Origin: Thermomicrobiales bacterium
GTDB taxonomy: Bacteria; Chloroflexota; Chloroflexia; Thermomicrobiales; UBA6265
Assembly (NCBI GenBank): GCA_035708745.1
Contig: DASTFJ010000158.1
Location: forward strand, 53,641-117,640
Direction of reading: 5' to 3'
Length of the DNA stretch: 64,000 nucleotides
Shown here: positions 29,421 through 39,642 of the stretch, piece by piece
How positions within the stretch are numbered: position 1 is the stretch's first letter
Layout of the letters: each line of letters begins with the position of its first letter
The notes under the pieces: generated by a model
What the model was told of the DNA's origin: nothing
The model's database searches: none
The model's input: the letters and a program-made list of their open reading frames with translations, nothing else
Program-made: the position numbers and the translations under genes

Positions 29421-31849
29421 GAGTTCCGCTGAAATGGCTCGATGAATTCGTGCAACCGGGCGTCGATGCGTCCGAGCTCGCCCGCCGCCTGACGCTAGCT
29501 GGACTCGAGGTCGAAAAAATCGACATCGTAGGCGACGGTTGGGACAAGGTCTTCACTGCTCATGTCAACAATGTCGAGCGGCATCCTGACGCCGATCGAC
29601 TAGTGCTGGCCGATGTCGAAGCCGGCGAGCATCGCCTGACGGTCGTGACCGGCGCGCCGAACATTGCGGCCGGGCAAAAGGTTGTCTTGGCGTTGGCCGG
29701 TGCGCGCCTGATCGACGGACATAGCGACTCGGGCGAATACAAGACGCTGAAGCCTGGCAAGATCCGCGGGATCACGTCCGAGGGGATGGTCTGCTCGGAA
29801 AAAGAGCTGGGAATGTCGGACGAGCACGAGGGGATCCTGGTGCTGCCCCACGACGCTCCGGTAGGACTGCCCTTACAGCAATACCTTGGCGACACCGTGC
29901 TCGAATTCGAGATCACGCCGAATCTCGCGCACGATTTTTCAGTCCTGGGCATAGCGCGGGAAGTTGGCGCCCTCTATCACAAACCGCTGAGCGAACCCGC
30001 TCGAATCGATTTGGCAGGAATCCCAGCTGCGTCGGAAGAGCTCGTCACTATCGAAGCGCCGGAACTCTGCGCTCGGTATGTCGCAGCGGTCATCAACGGT
30101 ATAACGATCGGCCCGTCGCCCGAATGGATGGCGCGCCGCCTCCAACAGGCCGGAGTCCGCTCGATCAACAATGTGGTCGATGTGACCAACTATGTGATGC
30201 TCGAATACGGACAGCCGCTCCACGCGTTCGACTATGACCGGTTGCAAGGAAATCGCATCGTCGTCCGGCGCGCCGAAGACGGTGAAATGCTGGAAACGCT
30301 CGATCATGTGGAGCGAACGCTCGATTCCGGCATGCTGGTTATCGCGGACGCCGTCCGGTCGATCGCTCTCGCCGGAGTCATGGGGGGCACCGACACCGAG
30401 GTTTCAGACCATACGACGACAGTATTGCTGGAAGGGGCCAACTTCGACATGAAGTCGGTTCGGCGAACCTCCCGCCTGTTGAAGCTGCGTAGCGATGCGT
30501 CGGCGAGATTCGAGCGCGGAGTCGATCCGAACCTGGCCGGCACCGGCATAGCGCGCGCGTTAGAGCTGTTCCAGGAAGTCTGCCAGGGCGCCGAGATCGT
30601 CGCAGTCTCCGACGTATATCCAGCTCCAGCGCAGCCACGATCGCTCACGATGCCGTTCGATCGTATCGAATGGCTGATCGGCAAGGCGTTTCCAAAATCG
30701 GAGGTCGAGCGAGTGTTGACCGATCTGGATTTCCAACCGGTCATTTCCGGAAATCAGCTCACTGTCACGATTCCGACGTATCGGCAGGACGTTTCGATCC
30801 CCGAAGACATCGTCGAAGAGGTCGGGCGGGTGCTGGGATACGACCAGGTGCCTGCCACCCTGCCCGTCGGTCAGACTGTTCCGGTCGTACGCGATCCGAA
30901 CTACCAGCTGCAGACCAGGCTACGGCAGGTCTTGACGGCGTCGGGCCTGAGTGAGGCGGTGACCTACATCACCGCGTCCGGCACGATGCTCTCCAGCTTC
31001 GCGACTGAAGACAACCTGGTCGGCGTGCTGACACCACGCCCGCTCGATTCACTCCTGAAGTTGGTCAATCCACTGAACGCGGAGCGGCCGTATCTCCGCA
31101 ACACCCTGCTTCCAGCTCTGTTGGAAAGCGTCGCCGCGAATTTGAGGCATCAGCGGCGCGTAGGACTGTTCGAGCTTGCGCGCGTCTACCTGCCAAATGG
31201 ACGAAATGAATTGCCCATCGAAGTGCAAACGCTGGGCATCGTCCTGGCGGGACAGCGAGACGAGCTCGATCGCTTTGCGTCGAATGAGTCGATCGACTTC
31301 TACGATCTCAAAGGGATCGTCGATGCGGCGCTACACCAGGTGGGTGTGACCGGAGTGACCTACGAACCGACCGAAGCGCCGGGACTCCATCCGGGCCGTG
31401 CCGCCCGAATTCTCGCCGGCGACCGAGTGATCGGTATTATCGGCGAGCTTCATCCGGAGACGGCTGCTACCTTCGGCATCGAAGCTATCCGAGTCGCCGC
31501 AGGCGAGATCGACGCCGAAGCGCTGGTCGAGCTCTCGCAACCCCAAAAGCAAGCAATATCGGCGCCAAGATTCTTGCCGGTTGAACAGGATCTGGCCGTC
31601 GTTGTCGCCGAATCGTCCCCGGCCGCTGACGTCGAGGCGGCCCTGCGAAACGGAGCGGGACCGCTCCTGACTGGCATCGTGCTCTTCGATGAATTTCGAG
31701 GACCTCAGATCGGCGAAGAGAACAAGAGCCTGGCGTACCGCCTGACCTTCACCTCGCCGGGACGAGCGCTCACTGACGATGACCTGATCAAGGTTCGCGG
31801 CAAAATCGAGCGAACGCTGAAGCAAGTCGGGGGGCGGTTGCGAGTATGA
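29417..31849 (+). CDS. pheT: Phenylalanyl-tRNA synthetase beta subunit
   Basis: GTG 29417 overlaps the pheS stop (GTGA) and gives MRVPLKWLDEFV.., the canonical PheT N-terminus. tRNA-binding, B3/4, B5 and FDX-ACB regions are recognisable. Confidence 0.93.
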   Translation: MRVPLKWLDEFVQPGVDASELARRLTLAGLEVEKIDIVGDGWDKVFTAHVNNVERHPDADRLVLADVEAGEHRLTVVTGAPNIAAGQKVVLALAGARLIDGHSDSGEYKTLKPGKIRGITSEGMVCSEKELGMSDEHEGILVLPHDAPVGLPLQQYLGDTVLEFEITPNLAHDFSVLGIAREVGALYHKPLSEPARIDLAGIPAASEELVTIEAPELCARYVAAVINGITIGPSPEWMARRLQQAGVRSINNVVDVTNYVMLEYGQPLHAFDYDRLQGNRIVVRRAEDGEMLETLDHVERTLDSGMLVIADAVRSIALAGVMGGTDTEVSDHTTTVLLEGANFDMKSVRRTSRLLKLRSDASARFERGVDPNLAGTGIARALELFQEVCQGAEIVAVSDVYPAPAQPRSLTMPFDRIEWLIGKAFPKSEVERVLTDLDFQPVISGNQLTVTIPTYRQDVSIPEDIVEEVGRVLGYDQVPATLPVGQTVPVVRDPNYQLQTRLRQVLTASGLSEAVTYITASGTMLSSFATEDNLVGVLTPRPLDSLLKLVNPLNAERPYLRNTLLPALLESVAANLRHQRRVGLFELARVYLPNGRNELPIEVQTLGIVLAGQRDELDRFASNESIDFYDLKGIVDAALHQVGVTGVTYEPTEAPGLHPGRAARILAGDRVIGIIGELHPETAATFGIEAIRVAAGEIDAEALVELSQPQKQAISAPRFLPVEQDLAVVVAESSPAADVEAALRNGAGPLLTGIVLFDEFRGPQIGEENKSLAYRLTFTSPGRALTDDDLIKVRGKIERTLKQVGGRLRV

Positions 31850-33198
31850 GTCAACCTGTCTCCATCCGCGTTGCCCACGGATACGAGCGTGCCAGTGAAG
31901 CGATTCGACGTAAAGGCGGACTCGAATCGCTGGAGCTCTCCGAGGGAGCACGGGCCGGAATCCAGCGGGTGTTCGGTGAGCCGCTGACGGCCGCCCAAGT
32001 GGTCGATCGAATCATTGCGGATGTCCGCGAACGCGGCGACGAGGCAATCCGCCACTACTCGCGCGAGATCGATCGGGTCGAGCTCGACCGCATCGAAGTG
32101 CCAAAAAGCGAATGGAGGGCCGCTTTCGATTCGATCGACCCCGAGCTACAGGAGGCGATGACCGTCGCCGCCCGGCAGATTCGCAGCTTCCACGAAAAGC
32201 AGAAGCGAACCTCGTGGATCGATTTCGGACCTGACGGCGCGCTCGGCCAGATCGTGCGGCCCCTCGAACGGATCGGCGTCTATGCGCCGGGCGGCTCGGC
32301 TGTCTACCCCTCGTCGCTCCTGATGACCGCGGTGCCGGGGCGCGTGGCCGGCGTCGAGGAAATCTTCGTCTCCTCCCCGCCAGGGCCGAAGGGGATCTCA
32401 CCGCTCATTCTGGCCGCGGCACTCGTCGCCGATGTCGACCGGGTATTCCAGATCGGTGGCGCTCAGGCGATCGCCGCCTTGGCCTATGGCACCGAATCGA
32501 TTCCGAGGGTCGACAAGCTGTTCGGCCCGGGCAACATCTTCGTTGTGCTGGCGAAACGCCAGGTTTTCGGGCAAGTGGCCATCGATCAGTTGCCGGGGCC
32601 GACCGAAACCGTGGTGGTCGCGGACGCATCCGCCGATCCGCGATTCACGGCGGCGGACATGCTGGCGCAGGCTGAGCATGACGCCATGGCGAGCGCCTTA
32701 TTGATCACGACCAGCGAGCGACTTGCGACACTCGTTCAATCTGAGCTTGCTGTTCAGGTCACCCAGCTCGAACGTGAATCGATCGCACGGGAATCGCTCG
32801 CCAGCAACGGTTTGATCGCGGTTGTAGAAACCGTCGAGGAAGCGATCGCGCTGGCGAATGACTACGCGCCCGAGCACCTTTGTCTGCTGCTGCGCGAGCC
32901 GTGGGATGCGGTGCCGCTGGTCAAGCACGCCGGCGGCATCTTCGTTGGTGAATCGAGTCCCGAGGCGCTCGGCGATTATGTCATTGGACCGAGCCACGTC
33001 ATGCCGACTGGAGGCACGGCGCGCTTCTTCTCGCCGATTCATGTGGGGGATTTCACCAAAGTGATCAATCTGGCCGGAGCGAATGACCGGACGCTCAATC
33101 GATTGGGTCCCGCGGCTGTGGCACTGGCAACCGCCGAAGGCCTGGGAGCGCACGCCCGCGCCATCGAGCTGCGACTGGAGGCGACTCGGCCCGATTAG
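31846..33198 (+). CDS. hisD: Histidinol dehydrogenase
   Basis: IGGAQAIAALAYGTESIPRVDKLFGPGNIFV, LPGPTE, and QAEHD motifs. The start overlaps the pheT stop (ATGA). Confidence 0.92.
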   Translation: MSQPVSIRVAHGYERASEAIRRKGGLESLELSEGARAGIQRVFGEPLTAAQVVDRIIADVRERGDEAIRHYSREIDRVELDRIEVPKSEWRAAFDSIDPELQEAMTVAARQIRSFHEKQKRTSWIDFGPDGALGQIVRPLERIGVYAPGGSAVYPSSLLMTAVPGRVAGVEEIFVSSPPGPKGISPLILAAALVADVDRVFQIGGAQAIAALAYGTESIPRVDKLFGPGNIFVVLAKRQVFGQVAIDQLPGPTETVVVADASADPRFTAADMLAQAEHDAMASALLITTSERLATLVQSELAVQVTQLERESIARESLASNGLIAVVETVEEAIALANDYAPEHLCLLLREPWDAVPLVKHAGGIFVGESSPEALGDYVIGPSHVMPTGGTARFFSPIHVGDFTKVINLAGANDRTLNRLGPAAVALATAEGLGAHARAIELRLEATRPD

Positions 33199-33770
33199 TC
33201 CTCGTTGATAATGCGAAGTGCGGCGATCACGCGTTCTTCCGTCGTCAATCCGCCGGTCGATTCCGCTCGCAACGCCGCCGTCATTGCTTCCGCGGCCGAG
33301 TATCCGAGCGATCGCAGGGCGGCGACCACATCTTCATCGGCGCTGGCGCCGCTGAATCCCGCGGCCGGTTCGGGCAGCTTGCCTTTGAGATCCACGATCA
33401 ACCGTGCGGCGGTCTTGGCGCCGATGCCCGGCACCGTCGCAAAGAGCTGAGCGTTGCCTTGGTGGATCGCCTCGCGCAGTTGATCCGGCTGGAAGCGGGA
33501 AAGGACGGCGCACGCGGTTTTGGGCCCCACGCCGGATGCCGAGATGAGCGCCTCGAACAGCTCCAGCTCGTCATGCGTCGCAAACCCATAGAGCGCCAGC
33601 TGATCCTCGCGGACCAGGAGATAGGTGAAAAGGCGGACGCTCTCACCTGTCCCACCGATCGCGGTCAATGTCGAGGTCGACGTGCCGACGCGATAGATCA
33701 CCCCGCTCACATCGACCAGTACCGCATCGGGCCGTTTAGTTTCGATCGCTCCGCGTAACCCAGCGATCAT
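33195..33770 (-). CDS. ruvA: Holliday junction DNA helicase RuvA
   Basis: MIAGLRGAIE..VLVDVSGVIYRV (OB domain), HhH pairs (SGVGPKTA, VPGIGAKTA), and C-terminal domain III. Confidence 0.93.
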   Translation of the reverse strand: MIAGLRGAIETKRPDAVLVDVSGVIYRVGTSTSTLTAIGGTGESVRLFTYLLVREDQLALYGFATHDELELFEALISASGVGPKTACAVLSRFQPDQLREAIHQGNAQLFATVPGIGAKTAARLIVDLKGKLPEPAAGFSGASADEDVVAALRSLGYSAAEAMTAALRAESTGGLTTEERVIAALRIINED

Positions 33771-34624
33771 TCGATCATCCTCTCGAGTCCATAGACCTTG
33801 ACGGCATTGTCACCCAGAACCTTCGTCATTGCCTGCTTCGAAGACCAGGGACGCATTTTGACAACGTCGAGCAACGGTCCCTGCCTGAGAACCGGGTAGT
33901 CAGATGCAAACAGAACCTTATCCTCACCAACCAGCTCCACCGTCGATTCGAAGATCTTGTGATCATAGAGGTAGGTCGATGCCGCAGAGTCATAGACGAG
34001 GTTGACCGCGGCGGTGCGCACTTCGGGCATCAGCTCGTACATCGGCAGTCCCCCGCCCCAATGCGCCGCGACCACGCGCAAATCGGGATACGCAGCCAGA
34101 AACCTTAACAGCTTGTCCGGGGTCGATAGACCCTTGCCTGGATAGGCATGGCCGACCGGTTCCGAAATGTGAAACATCGCGGCCTTGTCGCGGGCGATAC
34201 AGACCTCGACCAGTGCTTCGAGCTCAGCAGGACGTGCGATATCGAATCCTTGCGCATCAGCATTCAGCTCCCCGACTCCGCTCGCTCCGGTCTCGAAGGC
34301 TTGGTCGAGCGCCTGGGCGGACTCGCCAAACGGTGGGGAGACGATCGCCAGCCAAGCGATGCGGCTCGGATAGCTGCGGGCCGCTTCGAACATGTAGTCG
34401 TTGTGGTACTGGCATAGGCCCTGGTCACGCCAGGGAAATCCGCAAGCAATCGAGACTTCGACACCGCAAAGATTCATGCTCTCTATGAGATCATGCGCGG
34501 TCGCCAATCGGGCCCGAGGCGCTTCGTAGAGTTGACGAAACCAGTCGTCCCGCTCGAGGAACCGTTCCCGGTGCTCCACGATCTCGTCAGGAAAAATATG
34601 GACATGCGCATCGACGATCGGCAT
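33767..34624 (-). CDS. Amidohydrolase-2 (TIM-barrel metal-dependent hydrolase) family protein
   Basis: The N-terminal IVDAHVHIF motif and ~285-aa size fit PF04909-type hydrolases. Overlaps the ruvA start (ATGA). Confidence 0.7.
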   Translation of the reverse strand: MPIVDAHVHIFPDEIVEHRERFLERDDWFRQLYEAPRARLATAHDLIESMNLCGVEVSIACGFPWRDQGLCQYHNDYMFEAARSYPSRIAWLAIVSPPFGESAQALDQAFETGASGVGELNADAQGFDIARPAELEALVEVCIARDKAAMFHISEPVGHAYPGKGLSTPDKLLRFLAAYPDLRVVAAHWGGGLPMYELMPEVRTAAVNLVYDSAASTYLYDHKIFESTVELVGEDKVLFASDYPVLRQGPLLDVVKMRPWSSKQAMTKVLGDNAVKVYGLERMIE

Positions 34625-34629
34625 GCCCG

Positions 34630-35499
34630 CTACCGAACGAAGAAGAACCAGAGCACCGCCAACAAGCCGACGATCAACACGATGCCGATGATCAGATACG
34701 GCAGGAAGGTCGGCGTCGTGAGCACCGCTTCTGGCGGTTCGGGCAATGCCTCCCGGGCGGGAAGCACTTCCAACACCGTTGCCGCTCCTGCTGGATCATG
34801 CTCCGCCAGGACCCGCCGCTCGATAGCAGTCGCGAACGATTGCCCGGGAACGACCAGGGCACTTGTCATCGAACCTTGTGCGAGCTGTTCCGCCACGGCG
34901 CCACTCAGGAGCGCAACAGCATCCAGGGGGAGCAAGGTGATGTCGAAAATGGCAGGGAGGCGGCTTTCGAGTCGTTCCTGAGCGCCAAGAAATTGGGGTC
35001 CCGCGCTCGTGTCGAGGGTTCGTTGCCCGGAGCGACGGCTATTGGTCCGCTCGACTCGCTGATTGCGGGTGATCTGGTTGATCCGATCGGCTCGATACAG
35101 GATCGCCTGGTTGTCGCCCACCGCGGCAAACGACGCGTATTTCCCACGGGCGACCATGGCGACCATCGAGACTTCGCCGGGATCGAGGCCAAAGACGTCC
35201 TGATTAGCCGCGCGGAAGGCCGACTTCAGGCGCGCCGCCATATCGGTTTGCGTTCCCTCCACCACCGAGGTTTGGAATCGCTCGAGCGCGCGCTCCGCCC
35301 GCTCAGGACCGGCTCCTTCAGCGCGATCGGTCGCGACCGCCATCAACGTCGCAGGTTGGGGTGTCATGCCAGAATCGATCAGCGAGACTTCGCGAAGGAG
35401 CACCGCGGAGCGACCGTCGTTCGTCGATTCGATCGCCTGAAATGCACCCGTGCTGAATCGGAGCGGTTGTTCGAGAACGGTTTGCAGGGAACTGGACAA
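34630..35499 (-). CDS. Membrane-anchored PP2C-like domain protein with degenerate catalytic motifs (putative pseudophosphatase)
   Basis: Collinear by eye with PstP-type PP2C domains. LMAVATDRAEGAG matches ALADGMGGH, and FAAVGDNQAILYRADRINQITRNQ matches VHIGDSRGYLLRDGELTQITKDD. The later SDG and DN Asp positions read LSGAV and AATV. Has a C-terminal TM (FLPYLIIGIVLIVGLLAVLWFFF). Confidence 0.55.
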   Translation of the reverse strand: MSSSLQTVLEQPLRFSTGAFQAIESTNDGRSAVLLREVSLIDSGMTPQPATLMAVATDRAEGAGPERAERALERFQTSVVEGTQTDMAARLKSAFRAANQDVFGLDPGEVSMVAMVARGKYASFAAVGDNQAILYRADRINQITRNQRVERTNSRRSGQRTLDTSAGPQFLGAQERLESRLPAIFDITLLPLDAVALLSGAVAEQLAQGSMTSALVVPGQSFATAIERRVLAEHDPAGAATVLEVLPAREALPEPPEAVLTTPTFLPYLIIGIVLIVGLLAVLWFFFVR

Positions 35500-35512
35500 A
35501 TCGATTGCTTCC

Positions 35513-36211
35513 TTATGTTTGATGCGTGCGATTACCAGATGTTGCCGCGCGATCGAGCGCCGCGCGCAAGGCGGCGACCGATTCCTTCACGGTCGCATCG
35601 TCGTTGAAGACGCCGGAGCCAACCACGAACATATCCGCGCCCGCCGAGCGCACCCGCCCGATGTTGCTCGCCTTGATACCACCATCGACCTCGAGGTTGC
35701 ACGCGGGATTCATCTGTTCGATCATCTCGCGCGCTCGTTCGATCTTGTTCAGCGAACCCGGGATGAAGGACTGACCCCCGAAGCCTGGATTGACGCTCAT
35801 GATCAGAAGCTGATCGGCAATCGGAAGAACTTCCTCCAGCATTATCAGCGGGGTCGCTGGATTCAACGAAACCCCCGCGCGCACGCCGTGCCGTTTCAGG
35901 ATCTGCAGAGCGCTCTGAAGATGATTCGTCGCCTCGACATGCAGGGTGAGTGTCGATGCTCCAGCTTCGACGAACGCCTCGAGGTAGCGATCGGGCGCCT
36001 CGATCATCAAATGAACGTCGACTGGCAAGCTCGTGGCGCGGCGCACTGTCTCGATCATCACCGGGCCGAAGGTGATATTCGGCACGAACATGCCGTCCAT
36101 GACATCCAGGTGAAAGAAATCGACTCCGGCCGCCTCCGACAGCGCGATCTGTTCGCCAAGACTCAACAAATCAGCGGTCAAGATCGAAGCGCCGATTTGA
36201 GCCGGTTTCAT
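35513..36211 (-). CDS. rpe: Ribulose-phosphate 3-epimerase
   Basis: ATG 36211 gives MKPAQIGASILTADLLSLGE.., followed by FHLDVMDGMFVPNITFG and MSVNPGFGGQ. Confidence 0.93.
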   Translation of the reverse strand: MKPAQIGASILTADLLSLGEQIALSEAAGVDFFHLDVMDGMFVPNITFGPVMIETVRRATSLPVDVHLMIEAPDRYLEAFVEAGASTLTLHVEATNHLQSALQILKRHGVRAGVSLNPATPLIMLEEVLPIADQLLIMSVNPGFGGQSFIPGSLNKIERAREMIEQMNPACNLEVDGGIKASNIGRVRSAGADMFVVGSGVFNDDATVKESVAALRAALDRAATSGNRTHQT

Positions 36212-36357
36212 TGCATGATCCACGGTCGCGAATGCCACTCCACGAGGATGCGAATATCGCTCGCACTATACTCGCACGGACCCGGCTCGGGTCCCGAATT
36301 GGTTGCGAACGCTGGAGATCGCACCTGTACGAACGACCGAAATAACGCGACAGCATC

Positions 36358-37104
36358 ATGCGCCGTCCATTCTCGAAAATCGAAGATTCTCTCGAATTCA
36401 TCGTCGAGCGTCCGTTTTCCATGCTCTTTCGCCGTTCAGTCCAACCCGCGGAGGTGGGCAAGCGACTTAAGAAAGAGCTGATGGCGGGCGGAATAGTCAC
36501 CGTTCGGGGAAAAGTCGCGCCGAACGATTTCCTCGTGCTGCTCAATGCCGCGGACGCCGCACCATATCGCGAGCATGCGAAGGTGCTCGGCGACGATCTG
36601 GCCGAGTGGCTGGAGGAGCTCGCGCTGGCGCACAACTTGACGACGATGGGCATGATGCGGGTTCGATTCCAGACCGACGACTCGATCCGACAAGGGCGTT
36701 TCGATGTTCGAACGAGTGTGCAAGAGGCGGATGAGATGCCGGTCCGCTACGAAGATCCTGGACTGACCGAAGCGTTCGAAATCGCCAGCCGCCATGAAAG
36801 CGGTGCGAATGGGTTCGTCGAGATTTGCAGCGGTCCCAGCATCGGCGCGGTCTTTCCAATCCGCAAACAGCTGGTCACCATTGGCCGGGATCTGAGCAAC
36901 GATCTGGTCATCGAGAGCGCCGAGGTTTCACGGTTCCATGCTGAGCTGCAATCGAACGCCGGCGCAATCATCGTTGCCGACCGCAATAGCATGAATGGAA
37001 CGTTCGTGAACGGGGTGCACGTCGCCGGATCGCAGATGGTCGATTCGGGTGACCAGATCATGTTCGGTACCACGATCTGCCGGTTCTGGCGCGAACTGCT
37101 GTGA
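36358..37104 (+). CDS. FhaA-like protein (DUF3662-type N-domain + C-terminal FHA)
   Basis: N-terminal FSKIEDSLEFIVERPFSMLFR..VQPAEVGKRL resembles the FhaA N-domain. The C-terminal FHA reads TIGRDLSNDLVIESAEVSRFHAEL..DRNSMNGTFVNG. Confidence 0.8.
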   Translation: MRRPFSKIEDSLEFIVERPFSMLFRRSVQPAEVGKRLKKELMAGGIVTVRGKVAPNDFLVLLNAADAAPYREHAKVLGDDLAEWLEELALAHNLTTMGMMRVRFQTDDSIRQGRFDVRTSVQEADEMPVRYEDPGLTEAFEIASRHESGANGFVEICSGPSIGAVFPIRKQLVTIGRDLSNDLVIESAEVSRFHAELQSNAGAIIVADRNSMNGTFVNGVHVAGSQMVDSGDQIMFGTTICRFWRELL

Positions 37105-37134
37105 CGCCAGCTTCCCCGACCGGCGGTTGAATCG

Positions 37135-37584
37135 ATGGAACTCTCCAGCGATACGCTCTACCAGATCGTGCGCGTGCTTTTCGCGCTCTCATTGCTGGGA
37201 TTTCTATACCTCGTCATCCGGGTGACCATGGGCGAGCTGCAGCAGCCGGTCATCTCCGCTCTACGTCCCCGTGAACCGCAACTTCGCGCCGAGCTGATGA
37301 CAACAGCTGGCGAGCAAGGGTCGCTGGTGCCCGAAGGAATGACCTTCGACATCCAGGGGGTCACGACACTCGGGCGTGCTCGAAACGCGCGTGTGACCTT
37401 GGACGATACGTCCGTTTCCGCGCAACACGCCCTTCTCCGTCCGGTCGACGGGACCTGGACGATCGAAGACCTGGGCAGCCGAAATGGCACGTTGGTCAAC
37501 GGCCGGGGCATCACCGGAGCGGTCGAGCTCAGCTGTGGGGATGCCCTGCAACTTGGGCGCGTTCGCCTTCGGCTGATGTGCTAG
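37135..37584 (+). CDS. FhaB/FipA-like single-TM FHA-domain protein
   Basis: N-terminal TM (VRVLFALSLLGFLYLVIRV) and a C-terminal FHA (TLGRARNARVTLDDTSVSAQHALL..DLGSRNGTLVNG). Confidence 0.8.
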   Translation: MELSSDTLYQIVRVLFALSLLGFLYLVIRVTMGELQQPVISALRPREPQLRAELMTTAGEQGSLVPEGMTFDIQGVTTLGRARNARVTLDDTSVSAQHALLRPVDGTWTIEDLGSRNGTLVNGRGITGAVELSCGDALQLGRVRLRLMC

Positions 37585-37669
37585 CATTGCGCCGCGAGGC
37601 CACTTCGGTTTCGTAAGTGGGAAGGGCTGTGCGTCCCGATATGCGCCGGCCGCGATCAGGACGACAACG

Positions 37670-39586
37670 TTGGCACAGAAAACCCTGACTCAATCCCCCG
37701 GTATTTCCCTTGGCGCCTTTTGGCCGATCAAAACCACCCCTTCCGACGGCCAATCGACCCGCTCCTTGGGACATATTGCCAGTCGGATCGTCCTCGCTTG
37801 CGCGCTCGTCGCCATCGCGGCCGCCGGCTCGCTCTTTGCCTTCCGGGTCGCCTATGCGGACCAAATCTACCCCGGGGTGCATGTTGGTGGGGTCGATATC
37901 GGTGGCATGAGCCGTGCAGAGGCGACGGCCGCGTTGCAGGTAAAAGCCGACGAAATCACCAGCCAGCGCGCCTATTTCGATGGCTTCGATCAACATTGGG
38001 CGCCGACCCTCGCTGATCTGGGTGTCACCGTGGACATCGACGCCTCGATCGATCAGGCGATGGGGATTGGCCGAGAAGATTCGAGTCGAGACCGGCTGGG
38101 CTCGGCGATCTCGAGTCTGTCCGGCGATCAGGATCTCCCATTGCAGCTTTCGATCGAGCCCGCCGCACTCGATCAGTGGAGTGTTTCGGTCGATCAACAA
38201 ATCAACCTGATTCCCCACGACGCCTCGTTAGCGGTGGCTGACGGGAAAGTCCAGATCACGCAAGAGTCGAACGGCACGATCGTCGACCAATCGGCACTCC
38301 AGACGACTCTGCTCCAAAGTCTGCAGACCATGCAGGCCCCGACCGATTCGCTACCGACCGTGGACAAGCTCCCTTCGGTTCACGCCGCCGATCTGCAACC
38401 CGCACAAGCAGCCATCACTCAGGCGCTGAGCAGCCCGGTTACCGTGACCTATGGCTCGCAAAGCTGGACCATCGATTCGACCGATTTTGGACAATTCGTC
38501 TCGACGGCCATCGACCCGGCAAAGTCCGGCGCCGATGCGGTGTCGATTGCGGTCGATCAAGACGGTTTCGCCAGCTGGTTGCAGGAGCAGTTCGAAGCAA
38601 GCGTCGATAGCGATCCGGTCAACGCCAAAGTCGCCTGGGATGGGAACAAGCTGAAAGCCATCGAAGACAGCGTCGATGGCGCCAAGCTCCGCCCGCAGGC
38701 CATGGCCGAGGCAGTCAGCGCGTCGTTCCTCGGCAACCACGACGCAGTCGAGATTCCGATTGCCGTTCTGAAGCCCGAGGTGGACGGATCGAACTTGGCC
38801 GCGCTCGGCATCACCACCAAGCTTGGAGTCGGTTCATCGAATTTCGACGGATCCGACGATCCCCGCGCGACCAATATCGAGGTGGGCGCACAGTTGCTCA
38901 ACGGCACGCTCATTCCGCCCCACGGCACATTCTCGTTCAATCATTCGATCGGTGTGATCGGTCCGGATCTCGGTTTCGTCGAAGGTCAGGTGATCGACGG
39001 CGAGCAAATCGGCCGCGACTACGGCGGCGGCATTTGCCAGGTGTCGACCACGGTCTTCCGTGCGGCGTTTTTCGCCGGCATGCCGATCGTCGAAGGCTGG
39101 CCGCATCGCTGGCGGCTCGGATTCTATGAGATGGACGATTGGACGCCCGGCCTCGACGCGTCGATCATGCAACCCGAGGGCGATCCGTTTGGAGGTGGCG
39201 ACTTCCAATTTTCGAACCCCAGCGATTCGTGGATGCTAGTCGAATCGTATGTGGACTATCCGCGGGTCTTTGTCATCATCTACGGAGCCGACCTAGGGTA
39301 CACGGTCGACATTTCCGATCCGGTGTACGGCGACACAACCGAGGCGCTGCAGCCGTCGGAAACGGTCGATCCGAAGCTTCCAGCCGGCACAATCCAGCAA
39401 ACCGAATGGGCCGCTCCAGGATTGGATATCGACTACTACCGGACCGTCTATGACCGTGACGGCAACACGGTTTTGTCCGATGATTGGCCGACCACGTTCT
39501 ATGCACGCGGCGACGTCTACAAGGTCAGCCCTGACATGGCAGGTCAGTCGCCGGGCGCTGGAAACAACGAGCCGACGTCGACGTGA
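37670..39586 (+). CDS. VanW-domain protein (N-terminal TM, repeated extracellular domains)
   Basis: The VanW core GGGICQVSTTVFRAAFFAGMPIVE lies in the C-terminal third. The N-terminal anchor is IVLACALVAIAAAGSLFAF. TTG start is uncertain. Confidence 0.8.
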   Translation: MAQKTLTQSPGISLGAFWPIKTTPSDGQSTRSLGHIASRIVLACALVAIAAAGSLFAFRVAYADQIYPGVHVGGVDIGGMSRAEATAALQVKADEITSQRAYFDGFDQHWAPTLADLGVTVDIDASIDQAMGIGREDSSRDRLGSAISSLSGDQDLPLQLSIEPAALDQWSVSVDQQINLIPHDASLAVADGKVQITQESNGTIVDQSALQTTLLQSLQTMQAPTDSLPTVDKLPSVHAADLQPAQAAITQALSSPVTVTYGSQSWTIDSTDFGQFVSTAIDPAKSGADAVSIAVDQDGFASWLQEQFEASVDSDPVNAKVAWDGNKLKAIEDSVDGAKLRPQAMAEAVSASFLGNHDAVEIPIAVLKPEVDGSNLAALGITTKLGVGSSNFDGSDDPRATNIEVGAQLLNGTLIPPHGTFSFNHSIGVIGPDLGFVEGQVIDGEQIGRDYGGGICQVSTTVFRAAFFAGMPIVEGWPHRWRLGFYEMDDWTPGLDASIMQPEGDPFGGGDFQFSNPSDSWMLVESYVDYPRVFVIIYGADLGYTVDISDPVYGDTTEALQPSETVDPKLPAGTIQQTEWAAPGLDIDYYRTVYDRDGNTVLSDDWPTTFYARGDVYKVSPDMAGQSPGAGNNEPTST

Positions 39587-39642
39587 CGACGGCCACCGAC
39601 GCACAAACGAATTTGCGCATATTACCGGAGATAAGGAGCCAA

